A DNA stretch of 64,000 bases from Takakia lepidozioides (Eukaryota; Plantae; Bryophyta): NCBI GenBank assembly GCA_030704615.1, contig CM060731.1, forward strand, positions 12,276,001-12,340,000, written 5' to 3'. Positions 49,401 through 60,814 of the stretch are shown here, piece after piece. The notes beneath the pieces were generated by a model. That model had not been told where the DNA came from. It saw only the letters and a list, made by a program, of their open reading frames with translations, and searched no databases. A program made the translations under genes and the position numbers. Numbering within the stretch: the first letter of the stretch is position 1; each line of letters begins with the position of its first letter.

Positions 49401-52400
49401 CATCTTTCTCTTCAGGAATGTGAACTAAGGGCGCAGCTAGAAGACGCCCAGTCTGTTATCGAAAAGCTGTCGTCAAGAGGACATTCACAACAGACTGGCC
49501 TAGTGGAGGATTTGGGCAAGAACGGGGAGGATTGTGCTGTTTGTAGATGTGCCATATTGGACAGTGTTCCCTACACTGACAAGGAAGGAGGAAATAGTCC
49601 TGAAGAAAGACGGAATAGAGCTCAGGAGGTCGAGATGAGGCATGCAGAGGAAATCATGCAATTACACCTTGAGCTGGAAACAATGGAAGCTGTTTTGGAG
49701 GATGAACGCACAATGCGAAAGACGATGGAAGAGAAGATTTCAAGCCTCAAACATCAAGGTTTGATTGATGCAGTCATCACCGATGATCAGGGTGACATGC
49801 TACAAGTGCCAATGAAGGAATTTGTCTCCCTGGAATGTTCACAGCATCCACATGGAAATGGACAGCTGCAAGTTGAGTTGGCATCTGTGGAGGCTGTCTT
49901 GAGTGAGGAGTGTGTTGACTCGAAACCGCTGGAAGAAAAGATTACTACGCTTAATTGTCAGTTAGAAGCAGTAGGAACCCCATCCCAAAGTGAAGGTGTT
50001 GAAGAAGTTAGGGAGACGAAGTACTTCGATGCAGCTACACGGCTGCAATATGATTCACCAGAGTCACAAAAGCGTACGCATCTTAGCCAACAAGTGGATG
50101 ACGTGACATGCGAGCTCGACAGACAGAAAGCTCTTGTGGAAGCCCTGGAGAGTCAGCATGTCTTTTGTGTAAATGAGCTTGAGAGTTTACAGGTCGAGCA
50201 TGAAAAAACGATGGACAAGTTGAAGAGGAGGGACGCGAGGGAAAGGGTATTGAAGAACAAAATAGATCAAATGGAATGGGAGCTGATGAAGGAGCAAGAG
50301 CTCAGAGAGTTGGAGAGGGAATATCACATGAAAGTAATGGAGGAGGAGGGAGGAGTTGTGGACAATGATGGAAGGTCTGCTCTTGAGGCAAAGTTGGAGT
50401 ACGCAAAGGGGGAGCTAGAAAGGTTCCAGGGAGAACAGGCCTTGTTGAGGAGACTGGACCAAGAAATGGATGTGACACGCTCTCAAGCAGAGAGTGAGAC
50501 AGCCCTGGCCATCACTAGCATGCAATCTGAGCTGATGGAGTTGAGAAATGAGGCTGATGCTGCAGTCCTGATAGCAGCTGATGCAACAAAACAGCAGACA
50601 CAGCTAACAAAAGACCTTGAAGGCATACAACTCACGCTGAAGAAGGTTGAGGAAGAGAATGTGAATTTGATCACAAAATATAATGCAATGGTGATTGAAA
50701 AAGATACAGATATCCAAGCTCTGCGGATAGAATGGGAGACTGCTACAGCAAGGCTTATTGACTACCTTGCTGTGGGAGATCAAGCTCTCAATGAGGCTGT
50801 CCAGGAGATGGAGCAGATATTTGAGGATGCCATGCCACAAACAAGTGCTCATCAAAAGCCGGCTTCGCAGGCAGGCGAGAAACCGAAAGCTATTGTGTTC
50901 CTGCAAAAGCAACTGCAGCATGCCCAGGATGTTGCTAGAGACACTGAGAGCAAAGTGAAGGTACTGAATGTGGTAGCATTGGCACTTGCTGAAGATGGAA
51001 AGGAAGCGCAGAAGGGGCCAGTTGAAATGGAGAAGGTTTTGGAGTCCCAAGACTTGGAAAGACGGGTGCATGAATTGCAACAAGAGCTGGACACATTGGG
51101 AACTGAGAGGGTACAGCTAATTAATGAAAAGGAGAAGCTTGAGGATCAATTCAGTGCGACCATGAAGGTGGTAGAGGCATTACAAGCAGAGTTGACGCTG
51201 GCAGAGTCAAAATCAGCTGTTGGTGACAAAGACATGGAATGTCAAGCTCTTCGAAGGGAGAAGGACCGTATGGTGGTTCGCTGCCAGGAGATGGGACAGA
51301 ATGCAGCTATGGTTAGAGCTGATCTTGTTGGACTGGAAAGTAAATTTGAGGTTACAGAGGCCAAATGGGTGGGTGAAATTGAACAGATGGTGGTTCAATT
51401 GAATAACTTTGGAGCTGTTCAGGCCAAGCTCCAGCAAGCCGAGGAGACGGTTGTGGCAATGGTTGTAACAGTGGAATGCTTGGCCCTGGAGTCAGCCAGA
51501 TGGGAAATTGAGAAAGAGAAGGTAAGAAAAGAGGAAGAGAGTAGAATATTATTTATCGCTCAGAAGGAAGAGGAGTATGCCACACTTCAAAAGAGCATCG
51601 TTGAAGCCGAGGGCAGCGCAAGACAAGCTCAGGAGAAATTCGAGGCACTGACATTGCTGCTTGATGAGTTGTCCTGTTCGGAAGAAAGATGGAGGTCTGA
51701 AAAGGAGAACCTTAATGCTGAACTGAAGAGAACCGAATCAACTTTGGTTGACAAAGAGGTAATATGTGAAGCACTTCAAGAGGAGAAGGGCCTTATGAGG
51801 GTGGAGTTGGAACAGAAGGATGCCATAGCAGCAGCTAATCTTGTTGCATTGGAAAGAAAATTTCATGTTGCAGAAGCCAAATGGGTTGGTAATATCGAAC
51901 AGATGGTGGTTCAATTGAATGATTTTATGGGTACTCAGGCCAAACTCCAGCAAACAGAGGAGGAGCTTATGGCAATGGCTAAATCAGTGGAGTGCTTGGC
52001 CCTGGAGAAGACCGAATGGGAATATGAGAAAGAAAAGCTGAGAATAGATGAAGAGAGTAAAATACTCCTGCTCGCTCAGAAAGACCAAGAGCATGTGTCG
52101 CTACAAAAGACCTTGGGGATTGCAGAGGGGAACGCAACACAAGCTCAAGAAAAAGTTGGGGCACTGACATTGCTGCTTGACAAGTTGTCTCTTTCCCTAA
52201 CATCATTAGAAAGCAAATTCGAGGTTGCAGAGGCCAAATGGACGGGTGATATTGAACAGATAGTGGTTGAATTCAAGGACTTAATGGCTGTTCAGGTCAA
52301 GCTCCAACAAACAGAGGAGAAGGTTACGGCAATGGCTAATTTGGTGGAGTGTTTGGCCCTGGAGAGGACGGAATGGGAAATTGAGAAAGAAAAGCTGAGA

Positions 52401-55400
52401 AAAGATGAAGAGAGCGGAGCACTTCTCATTACTAAGAAGGATGAAGAGTATGCCTCACTCCAACAGTGCATGGTGGATGCTGAGGGAAATGGAAGACAAG
52501 CTCAGCAGAAATTAGAGGCACTTACTGTGCTGCTTGACCAGTTGTCTCTTTCCGAAGAAAGGTGGATGTCTGAACAAGCGAACCTTAGTGCTGAGGTGGA
52601 GAGATTGAAATCAACTATGACGGATCAAGAGATGGAATTGGAAGCACTTGAAAAGGAGAAGGGCCTTATGGGGGTTCGGCTCGTGGAGTTGGAGCAGAAA
52701 GAGGCGATGTCAACAGCAAATCTTCTAGCATTGGAAAGAAAGTTTCAGTTTGCAGAAACCAAATGGGTGGATGAGATAGAACAGATGGTGATTCAACTGG
52801 AAAGAGGCTCCAATGCACTTTCGGAAAAGGATAGATCTTTGGACAGCAACCAGGTTGAGCTTTCCAAAGTTCGTGCAGCACTGTCTGGTGCAGAGGAAAG
52901 GATTAAATTGCTGACAGACGCAAAAGCTAGTATTACTGAAGAGTGGGGTAAGGAAAGGGATAGGTTGCATGCCGAAAAGGAAGGCCTGCAGCTGGAGATT
53001 TCACAGTTGGAGCAATGTCGCAGCAATGACCATGTACTCAGCTTGGTTGATGAGAACAGTACGATCTCAGCGGGTAGTGTAAAATTTAATGGCCAGTTTG
53101 TAGATGAGCTTAGGGAAGAGGTCAAGAGAGTAAGAGTAGAAAGTGAAAACCTGCGCTCTAGGCTTCGTGAAAGAGATAACACCATTCTCTCAGTCCGTCT
53201 GGAGTTAGAAGCAGCCATGACCTACAATAAGGAAGCAGAGATTGAGATGGAGAAGATAATGAGAGAGAAGGACAAGCTTGCTCTGAAAGCAGCAGCAGAC
53301 ATGGAACACTTTGCCTCATTGACACAGGAGCTCAGAAATGCGAGTGGAGAGATCTCCAGGAGGCAAAGACAGGTCGAGACATTTGAGTGCGAGCTTGAGA
53401 ATGTAATGAGGATGGTAGCAGAGGCAGAAGAGCGGATGGATGCATCAGAAGAAGAATGGAGAAGGGAGAGAGAGGAGCTGGTAATGGGTATGGAGCAGGC
53501 AAAGCTGGATGCAAATCTAAAGTCCTGTGAGGCAGCTGCTATGGCAAAGCAGTTGGAGGATGGACAGGCCACTTTGCGAGAGGCAGAAATTATGGTGAAT
53601 GCCTTGGTTCATGCCAATGAAAGTGCAAAGAGCAGTGCCCTAGGATTGAAATTTGAGAACAAAGAACTTTTCTTGGCTGAGCAGCAGGAAGCCAACAGAG
53701 TTGTGCTAGAAGCTGTTGAAGTGCTTGCTGTCGCAAAAGAGGAGGTTGCTCAGACAATGGAGAGTTGGACAAAGGAATTGGGAAGCATGGCTTCGGAACT
53801 CGAAGGTCTGAGAGGACATATGAAGCAGAGCTTGCAGAACATAGTTGTTGCTGGAGTTCACCAAGATATGAAGAAAGTTATTGGGGCCTACAGAGATGGG
53901 ATAGTAAGGGTCAGAGAGGAAGTGCGATCTGACATCCCTGCTCTCACTCAAGACAGTGCAGTTGAAGTTTTGCAACTGCAGAGTCTGCTTGCAGATGCTC
54001 AGCATGCCCTGCAAAGTTCAGAAGGAGATAGGAGAACAACTGAGACAGAGCTCGGTGCATGCCAGGAAGCTCTTGCGGTTGCAGAGAACATAATCAACAA
54101 TGGGGACATTGCCAAAGCAACAACGGCAGAGCTTGAAACAACAGAGGCAGCAGTTGCTGAGTTGCTTGCTGCTGTGACTGAGAAGAATTCTGATCTTTCA
54201 ATCCTGCATTCAAAGCTAGAGGAAAGCCATGGGCAGACTGCTGAGGTCAGTGAGGAGTTGAAAGCATGCCGACGGCAAAATGAGCTGGTACTAAGTCAGA
54301 TTGACCAATTGCGGCAAATGGTTCAATCCCTTCAAACACAAGTTGACCAGAAAGTGGAATTCATTAAGGGGCTCGAATATGACATAAACTTGCTCGAGGA
54401 AACTGCTAGCAATGAGGCAGAACAGAAGCAAGAAGCTATCCTACATCTTGAGGACGAGGTGGAGCTGAAGAAAAATCAGCTTAACACACTGACAGATCGA
54501 GCGGGCAAGCTGGAGGCTGACCTTTCTGACTCTCTGGAAGCATTGTGTATGAAAAGTGCGGAGGCTGAATCACAGCTAAAGGCCTACCAGGAGCAAGCTG
54601 AGGTGGCCCTTGGTGAGATGGCAGGCTTGCGGGCAATTGTCCAATCCCTCCAGAGACAAGTTGAAGAGAAAGAGAACCTCCTGCAGGGACTGGATAACAA
54701 CATGAGCATGCTTCAGGATGCAGGCTCAAAGGAGGCAGAACCGAAGCAAAAACCCATAGTACAATTGCAGAAGGAGCTGGACCTAAAGAATGATGAGATA
54801 CGGTTACTTGAAGATCGAACTAGCCAGGTGGAGGCAGACTTTGCTGATAAAATGCAAGCCTTAATTTTGCAGAAAGAAGAGGCCATAGCACAGTTGCGAA
54901 GGGAGCTAGAGATGAAGGAAGACCAGCTATGCACGATGACAGAGCAAGCTACCCAGCACGAGGCAGAGAGTCTAAAATCTGAGGAACTAGTGGCCATAAA
55001 TACTGCGGAGATTTATGGGCTCAATGTACAGGTAGAGGACTTGAGATCCAAGGTGGCTGTTTTGGAGTCAGACTTAGAGGAAAAGAAGTGCAATATCAAA
55101 ACTGTTGAGGCAGAGCTTCGTTCTCATTCTGATACTGCCAGAGATTTGAAGCTGGTTGAAATGCAAAGGGATAGGCTTCATACAGATGTGCTTCTGCTGA
55201 GAGAGCAGCTTGAGGGGGCCCAAGCGCTGGCTGACGAGCGTGAGGCGGAAGGTGCTAAAGCCCGCCAGGTAACTCGAGTGCTACGCATGTGCGCTCCCTC
55301 TCTTCTCTTCATCTGCTGATCTCCTATAGAAGGAAGGCGATAGTTGAGCGATACCTAATGAAAATATCTGTTTGTATTGTACAGACCCATTCTGCTGAAT

Positions 55401-58400
55401 GGTACTACCTGTCATGGGGTTATTCTTTTGGTATCTTGCATTTTAGGACATGAGAATTGGTTAGTTGGATAATGGGTAATAGAGCTGGATTGTCTTGGAA
55501 GGCCTGACATTTAAAATGATTGTAAAATCAGGCTGCAGAAATATTTAAGACCCATGCTGAGAGAAAGGATGCTGAAGTGAGCTTGCTTAAAACTTCAGTT
55601 GTGAAGTTGGAATAATGGGTAATAGAGCTGGATTGTCTTGGAAGGCCTGACATTTAAAATGATTGTAAACTCAGGCTGCAGGAATATTTAAGACCCATGC
55701 TGAGAGAAAGGATGCTGAAGTGAGCTTGCTTAAAACTTCAGTTGTGAAGCTGGAGGGTACAGTTCAAGCTCTGGAAAGCAAAGTAAGTATGTATTGTTTT
55801 GGATGATTGTGTGTATGGAGTGTTTTTGTAGAACATCTCTATGTGTGACGTTAACACTCAAATGGCTGAGCAACTGTGGGTTCTCACACTACATCGCACT
55901 TGGCAGCTGGGCATACTGAAATGGGAAGCTGAAAGGCAATATGAGATGAGAAAGGATGTGAAGGAGGAGCTACTAGAGCCAAAACAGTACACTCAAGGGG
56001 GGATCGATGGTATAAGGGGCCGGTCTGATTCCGGTCTTCAACAGTCACAAGCTGCAACCAAAGGCATCGAAAGGTTGTACCCCCGTGTGCCTTTCCTTCT
56101 CCCTCCCTTTCTTATCACTTGAACTAATTTAACTAATGCTATCAACTTCAAAATTTTACCCTGATTGTTTGTATGGTTTGTGTAAGCAGGAAGAAGGTAC
56201 AGGAATTGCAGCTAGAGGTTTCACTTTTGCACAACAAGCTGCAGAACCTACAAGCTCAATGTGAAGAGAAAGATTCCCAGGTCTGGCCATTTTCTGTATT
56301 CTACTCATCATTGACATGATAGGTCTTTGCCCGAGGAAACTTCACTGAACTATGGTTTTTGTGAAGTCTTTCCTTTAGTCATTCATGTTCAGGTGACGAT
56401 TGTCCCTAACTATTGTTCTTTTTGCCTTTGCAGATTCAAAATTCGGAAGCACACATGTCAGAGTTGATGCTTTCAGCAGAGAGGCAGGCATCAGATTATC
56501 GGGAGAAGGTGATTTTCCTTTTCTTTCTGGTTTTGTTCCTCTCTCATGTTTTCTTCCATTTTGTCCCATAATCTCTATGAGCTTTCCGCGGACGTTATAA
56601 AGCACCATTTCATTTCATTTCATTTCTCCCTTCCAGTCCTACTGAAAGGTTTGTGAGGCGATTCAATGACCTATTTCTGATGTTATGGTCTTTCGCGTTA
56701 TTATCTGAAAAGTGGGTTGTTTTGCTTTCTCAGTTAAAAGCCTTGGAGTCAATGGTAGAACAAGTCAAAAAGGAAGACCGTAAATCCAGCTCAGCACCTC
56801 CAACCACTCCGAAGGCAGCAGAAAAGTTATCCAAGGTCAAAGGTTCTGGTTCGCCATTCACCTGTATAGGTTTGATGATGGCCCACCAGATGCACTCGGA
56901 GTTGGATGAAGAGCTGTTTTCAAACCGTCGGCGCATTCAAGAGCTTGAAGCTCTTGCCACGTCGCGACAAGAGGAGGTTTGCATGTTCTTTCTTTTGTTT
57001 GTCCAGCTTTTTCCTGCTTCAAGCTCTTCAGAATATAGTTTCCTTATGAATGAAACAATTAGAGCCCACCTCATTGTCTGCTCTCGCCCATTGTAATTTG
57101 AGTCCTGCTCTTAAGCAAAAGGGTATAATTCCAGCATGAGACAGTGGTTTGAGCCCACAGCATCCTACTTGTTGTCCAGTCTTTCAGAAACTGTGGGGAG
57201 GAATAATGTCTGGGTGGTCTGGCAGGTCTTCTTGTTAAACACGAAGCTTGCTGAAATTGAGAGCAGGAGTCACGATGTAATGCGCAGTCTGCTGGATATC
57301 AAGCTGAATGTCTCCAACTACAAGGTACAATTACTAGTTTTAACCCAGCCAGCAACATACTGGTGTGGATTTGTCTATTACAGCTTTGACTAAATGTTCC
57401 TGTGGACATATCCTGACATTGTCTGTGTTGAATGCAGGATGTACAGCAAAGTGGCGAAACGCTTCCATACCGATTTGTGGAAAGTCATCAGAAACAGGAG
57501 AATGATCATTTAAGATCACAAATCAAGGAGCTTATTGAGGAGAGAGAAAGGTGATGATGATGGTGATGGTCCATGCTGAATGGAGCTACCTTAGGATTCT
57601 TGGTCGTTGTTTCCATATGTTGGTGGATCTTCTATAATTGTTCATCGCTTGGTTTTCCTGGGACTTTTCGACTGACATGAAATATATTCTGCAGCTGGCT
57701 GAAGGAAATTGAACGGAGGCAAGCTGAGATGGTAGCTGCTCGTATCTCAGCCGAGAAGCTACGGCAGAGGGACCAGGCTCTCACATCAGAGAATGAAAAG
57801 CTGAAGGTATTGTTATTCCCCCATGTCTTGTCTTTGTCCCTACTGCAGTTGTCTTTGGCAAGTCGGTCTTTTGTATTCCAATAACACGAGATTGGCTGAA
57901 TGAATGCAGAATGAGAACATAGAGCATCAAAGAAGAATAGGGCATCTGGACCAGGAGGTTAAGAAACTTTCAGGGCAACAAAATCTCCAACAGCGCATTC
58001 ATCATCATGCCAAAATCAAGGTATGAAGAGTTATTAGCACAAGTAGTTAAGATCAGTTAGCAGCTGAAGCCATCTTTCTGTCCAGACTCGGATCTGATGC
58101 CATGTCATTTGGCCGTCTGTTCTTCTCGACAACAGGAAGAGAATAATGGACTACGGTTACGGAATGAAGACCTGAGTAGCAAGCTAAGGCGTACTGAGAT
58201 GTTGTTTGCGCGAGTGAATGATGAACTGGCACGGTACCGAACAGCAGTCGGCAAAACCCCATTCCCAAATATTGATGAGGAGCAACGCCTCCGCAGCAAG
58301 TTGCAGGTAATGTACTTCAATTGGGAAGGGCAACCGGTAGTTATAGGGGGAGGTGATGGGGTAGAAGAGCAGTCGGCAAAACCCCATTCCCAAATATTGA

Positions 58401-59457
58401 TGAGGAGCAACGCCTCCGCAGCAAGTTGCAGGTGATGTACTTCAATTGGGAAGGGCAACCGGTAGTTATAGGGGGAGGTGATGGGGTAGGCATTGATTTG
58501 TGATTCGTGAGACCAACATGACAGTGGATACAAGGAAAGACAGAAATATGATGCTTATTTGGGTGACGAGGGCGGGGCACATTTATATATTAGAACGGGA
58601 AATGATATTTAGTTTGACAATATATGCTTGTGTGGATTGAATTATCTGACAGGAAGCTGAAGATGCTGGTATCGATGTGGCCCAGAAACTTGTCAGCCTC
58701 TGCACTAATGTTATACAGGCAAGTTCTCATTATTTGCTCGATTCCACCACTCCCTGCCCCGCACATGGTTTTTGGCATATTCTAATGAACACACTGGGTT
58801 TTGCAACAACAGCTAGCAGGTTTCTCACAATCTGGAAGGGAACTCCACCATTCTTTGGCACTCGAAGCTCTCCAACACTTAGAGGATCGTCTCCAGTCAA
58901 CAGAACGAGAGCTGTCAGAAGTTAAGCTGAAGGTGTGTGTGTTGGGGGATCTCTCTCATGTATGCAGTTGGCTTAGAGCGTCTTAGAGAATCTGAAGGTG
59001 GATTGTAGTGATGGTTGTGGTGGTAGAGGTTGTGTGCCTACTTTTCTCTCCTGCTAGGTGTTGTGGATCTCTCTCATGTATACATTTGGCTTAGAGAAGT
59101 CTTAGAGAATCTGAAGGTGGATTGTAGTGATGGTTGTGGTGGTAGGTGTTCGGTGCCTACTTTTCTCTCCTGTTTTCTATCAAATTTCCATTTCATTTCA
59201 TTTGTATTTTCCTTTGTGGCATTAGCTCTGGGCGCTTCGCGTGGACACTATAGTAATCTTCTCTAGAATTTTGGGCAGGCAGACAGATTTCTGGTGACAT
59301 TCTTGATTTTGAAACTGTCATCGGATGTGGCATGCAGACAAGGATAGCAGGAGAGAAGAGACGAATGAGCGATCTCCGAGCAGTTCACTCGCCATTGCCG
59401 CCTACAAACATATCGGTGCCACAAAATATTTTTAGCCCTATCCATTCTGCTCGCTAA
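40500..59457 (+). CDS. POK: Kinesin-12, phragmoplast-orienting-kinesin-like (multi-exon; N-terminal motor, very long coiled coil)
   Basis: [20 protein letters not shown] signature, FAYGQ|[33 protein letters not shown]-terminal [18 protein letters not shown]. Motor exons 40500-41435, 42545-42700, 42875-42958, 43147-43266, 43426-43539, 43720-43812, 44022-44111, 44318-44388, 44505-44579, 44686-44773, 44907-44965, 45164-45227, 45390-45455. Giant exon 49416-55268; last exon 59338-59457. Confidence 0.93.
47454..47550 (-). mobile_element. Short retroposon-like 3' end with (CATTT)n tail in a kinesin intron
   Basis: Flanked by direct repeat AATTAGAG (47446-47453, 47551-47558). About 65 bp are nearly identical in inverted orientation to 56564-56628. 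Confidence 0.55.
51320..52800 (+). repeat. Internal coding repeats in the kinesin stalk
   Basis: L..LE.KF...E.KW...IEQ.V.. recurs at about 51324, 51840, 52197 and 52722 (spacings about 516, 357, 525 nt). Confidence 0.85.
56564..56628 (+). mobile_element. Second copy of the (CATTT)n-tailed short element, opposite orientation
   Basis: TCCCATAA.CTCTATGAGCTTTCCGCGGACGTTATAAAGCACCATTTCATTTCATTTCATTTCTC is the reverse complement of about 47452-47517. Confidence 0.55.
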
Positions 59458-60814
59458 TCTACTCATTTCGTTGCATCCCTTATCGCATCTCGTCTGGAGA
59501 TGAGATTGTAATGTATTGAGATGGGAGCAAGCACTTGAGTGTACATAGCCTTGTTGTACACACTCTGTAATTTATTTTTCCAGAGTTTTGCGTTTTATTT
59601 GTGCATTGCATACGGCATTTAATGCAATCAGTTCTGACATTGCACGAAGAGGTGCTTGCCTCGCTTGGTGTTCTCGCTTTGCATGACTTGTATATTGTGT
59701 TCGATGAACGTCTAGAGTTTTGAGCACTTTGTGGACCTGAATGTTGAGTGTCGAATGTTGATTTGTGCGATTCTCAAGCTTTGTGAGACCCCTGGTGTAG
59801 TTCCTGTTTCCCCTGGTTTGGTTATACATCGGAATGGAGCGATGGAACATCCAACTGATACAATAGAGGCCTTACTAGAAACGTAATTTGGCACAAGATG
59901 AAATACAAGATGAACATGGGTGAACGTAGTGAAAGCCTACACACAACGTGCGTCCGTCTTCTCACGACAAATCCTCTCTCACTCCAGCAGGCAGAGACTC
60001 CATCGATGACGCCTCAGTATCGTCACCCTCCGGTGGGCGAGCGGGCCGCGCAGAGGATGTCAGCAGGGAATCAGCAGTGGTCAATCGGACTTTACTGAGT
60101 CCTAGGAGTCTCGGCAACAGCGCCATATCATTGAAAATTCGCCTTGTCCAGCCAATGCTTAGAGCTCCGAGCTTTACAATTACTAGCGATGCTGGTATGA
60201 TCTCTATGTTCTTTTGAACTCAGAGAACCATTAATTCTGGGTTTCCGTTCAAGAGTCCCACTGACAGGAAAAACAAATTGTCTCCGTGATGTCCTGGTTT
60301 CGCGAGTCTCATTTTTTATCAGACTTCAATTCCGGGGCAAGTGTACTTGGATCAAAGTTCCTGTTTAGTTGATCGCGACGTCAAGTTTACTTCTTAGAAA
60401 ATGTTACTTCTGGCTTCTGCAATCACAGTTTTATATGGTTGATCAGGACTCAAAGTGAAACGTGTACACGTCTGCTTGAATGCGATAGGATAGCCAGATG
60501 GACCGTTGTGTTGCAGTTCAACTGACGTACCCTCCGCTATCGCTATCGTGACGGATACAGGTGTATTCAAGAAGATCGTGAGCTGGGGAAATTACTGATT
60601 AAGAAGTAGACGTTATGGTATTTGCAGTCAGATTGCAGACTGAAGAAGGCTCGAGTGGGAGTTCTTGGGGGAATGAAGTTGGGCCTCTTCTAGTGGCAAA
60701 TGATTTTGACTTTGTGTACACTTGCACTCCACACATCACATCAGGCACTTGTGGAAATGTGGTGCGTGCTCAGAAGGTCAACAAATTGTTTATGCCTCTC
60801 ATTTTTGAATAATT

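Noticed and set aside
50483-54997. Antisense ORFs over the kinesin giant exon
   Set aside because: Shadow ORFs of a codon-biased coiled-coil exon.
59898-60812. Short ORFs or exon-like stretches downstream of the kinesin
   Set aside because: No domain or coherent splice structure could be supported.
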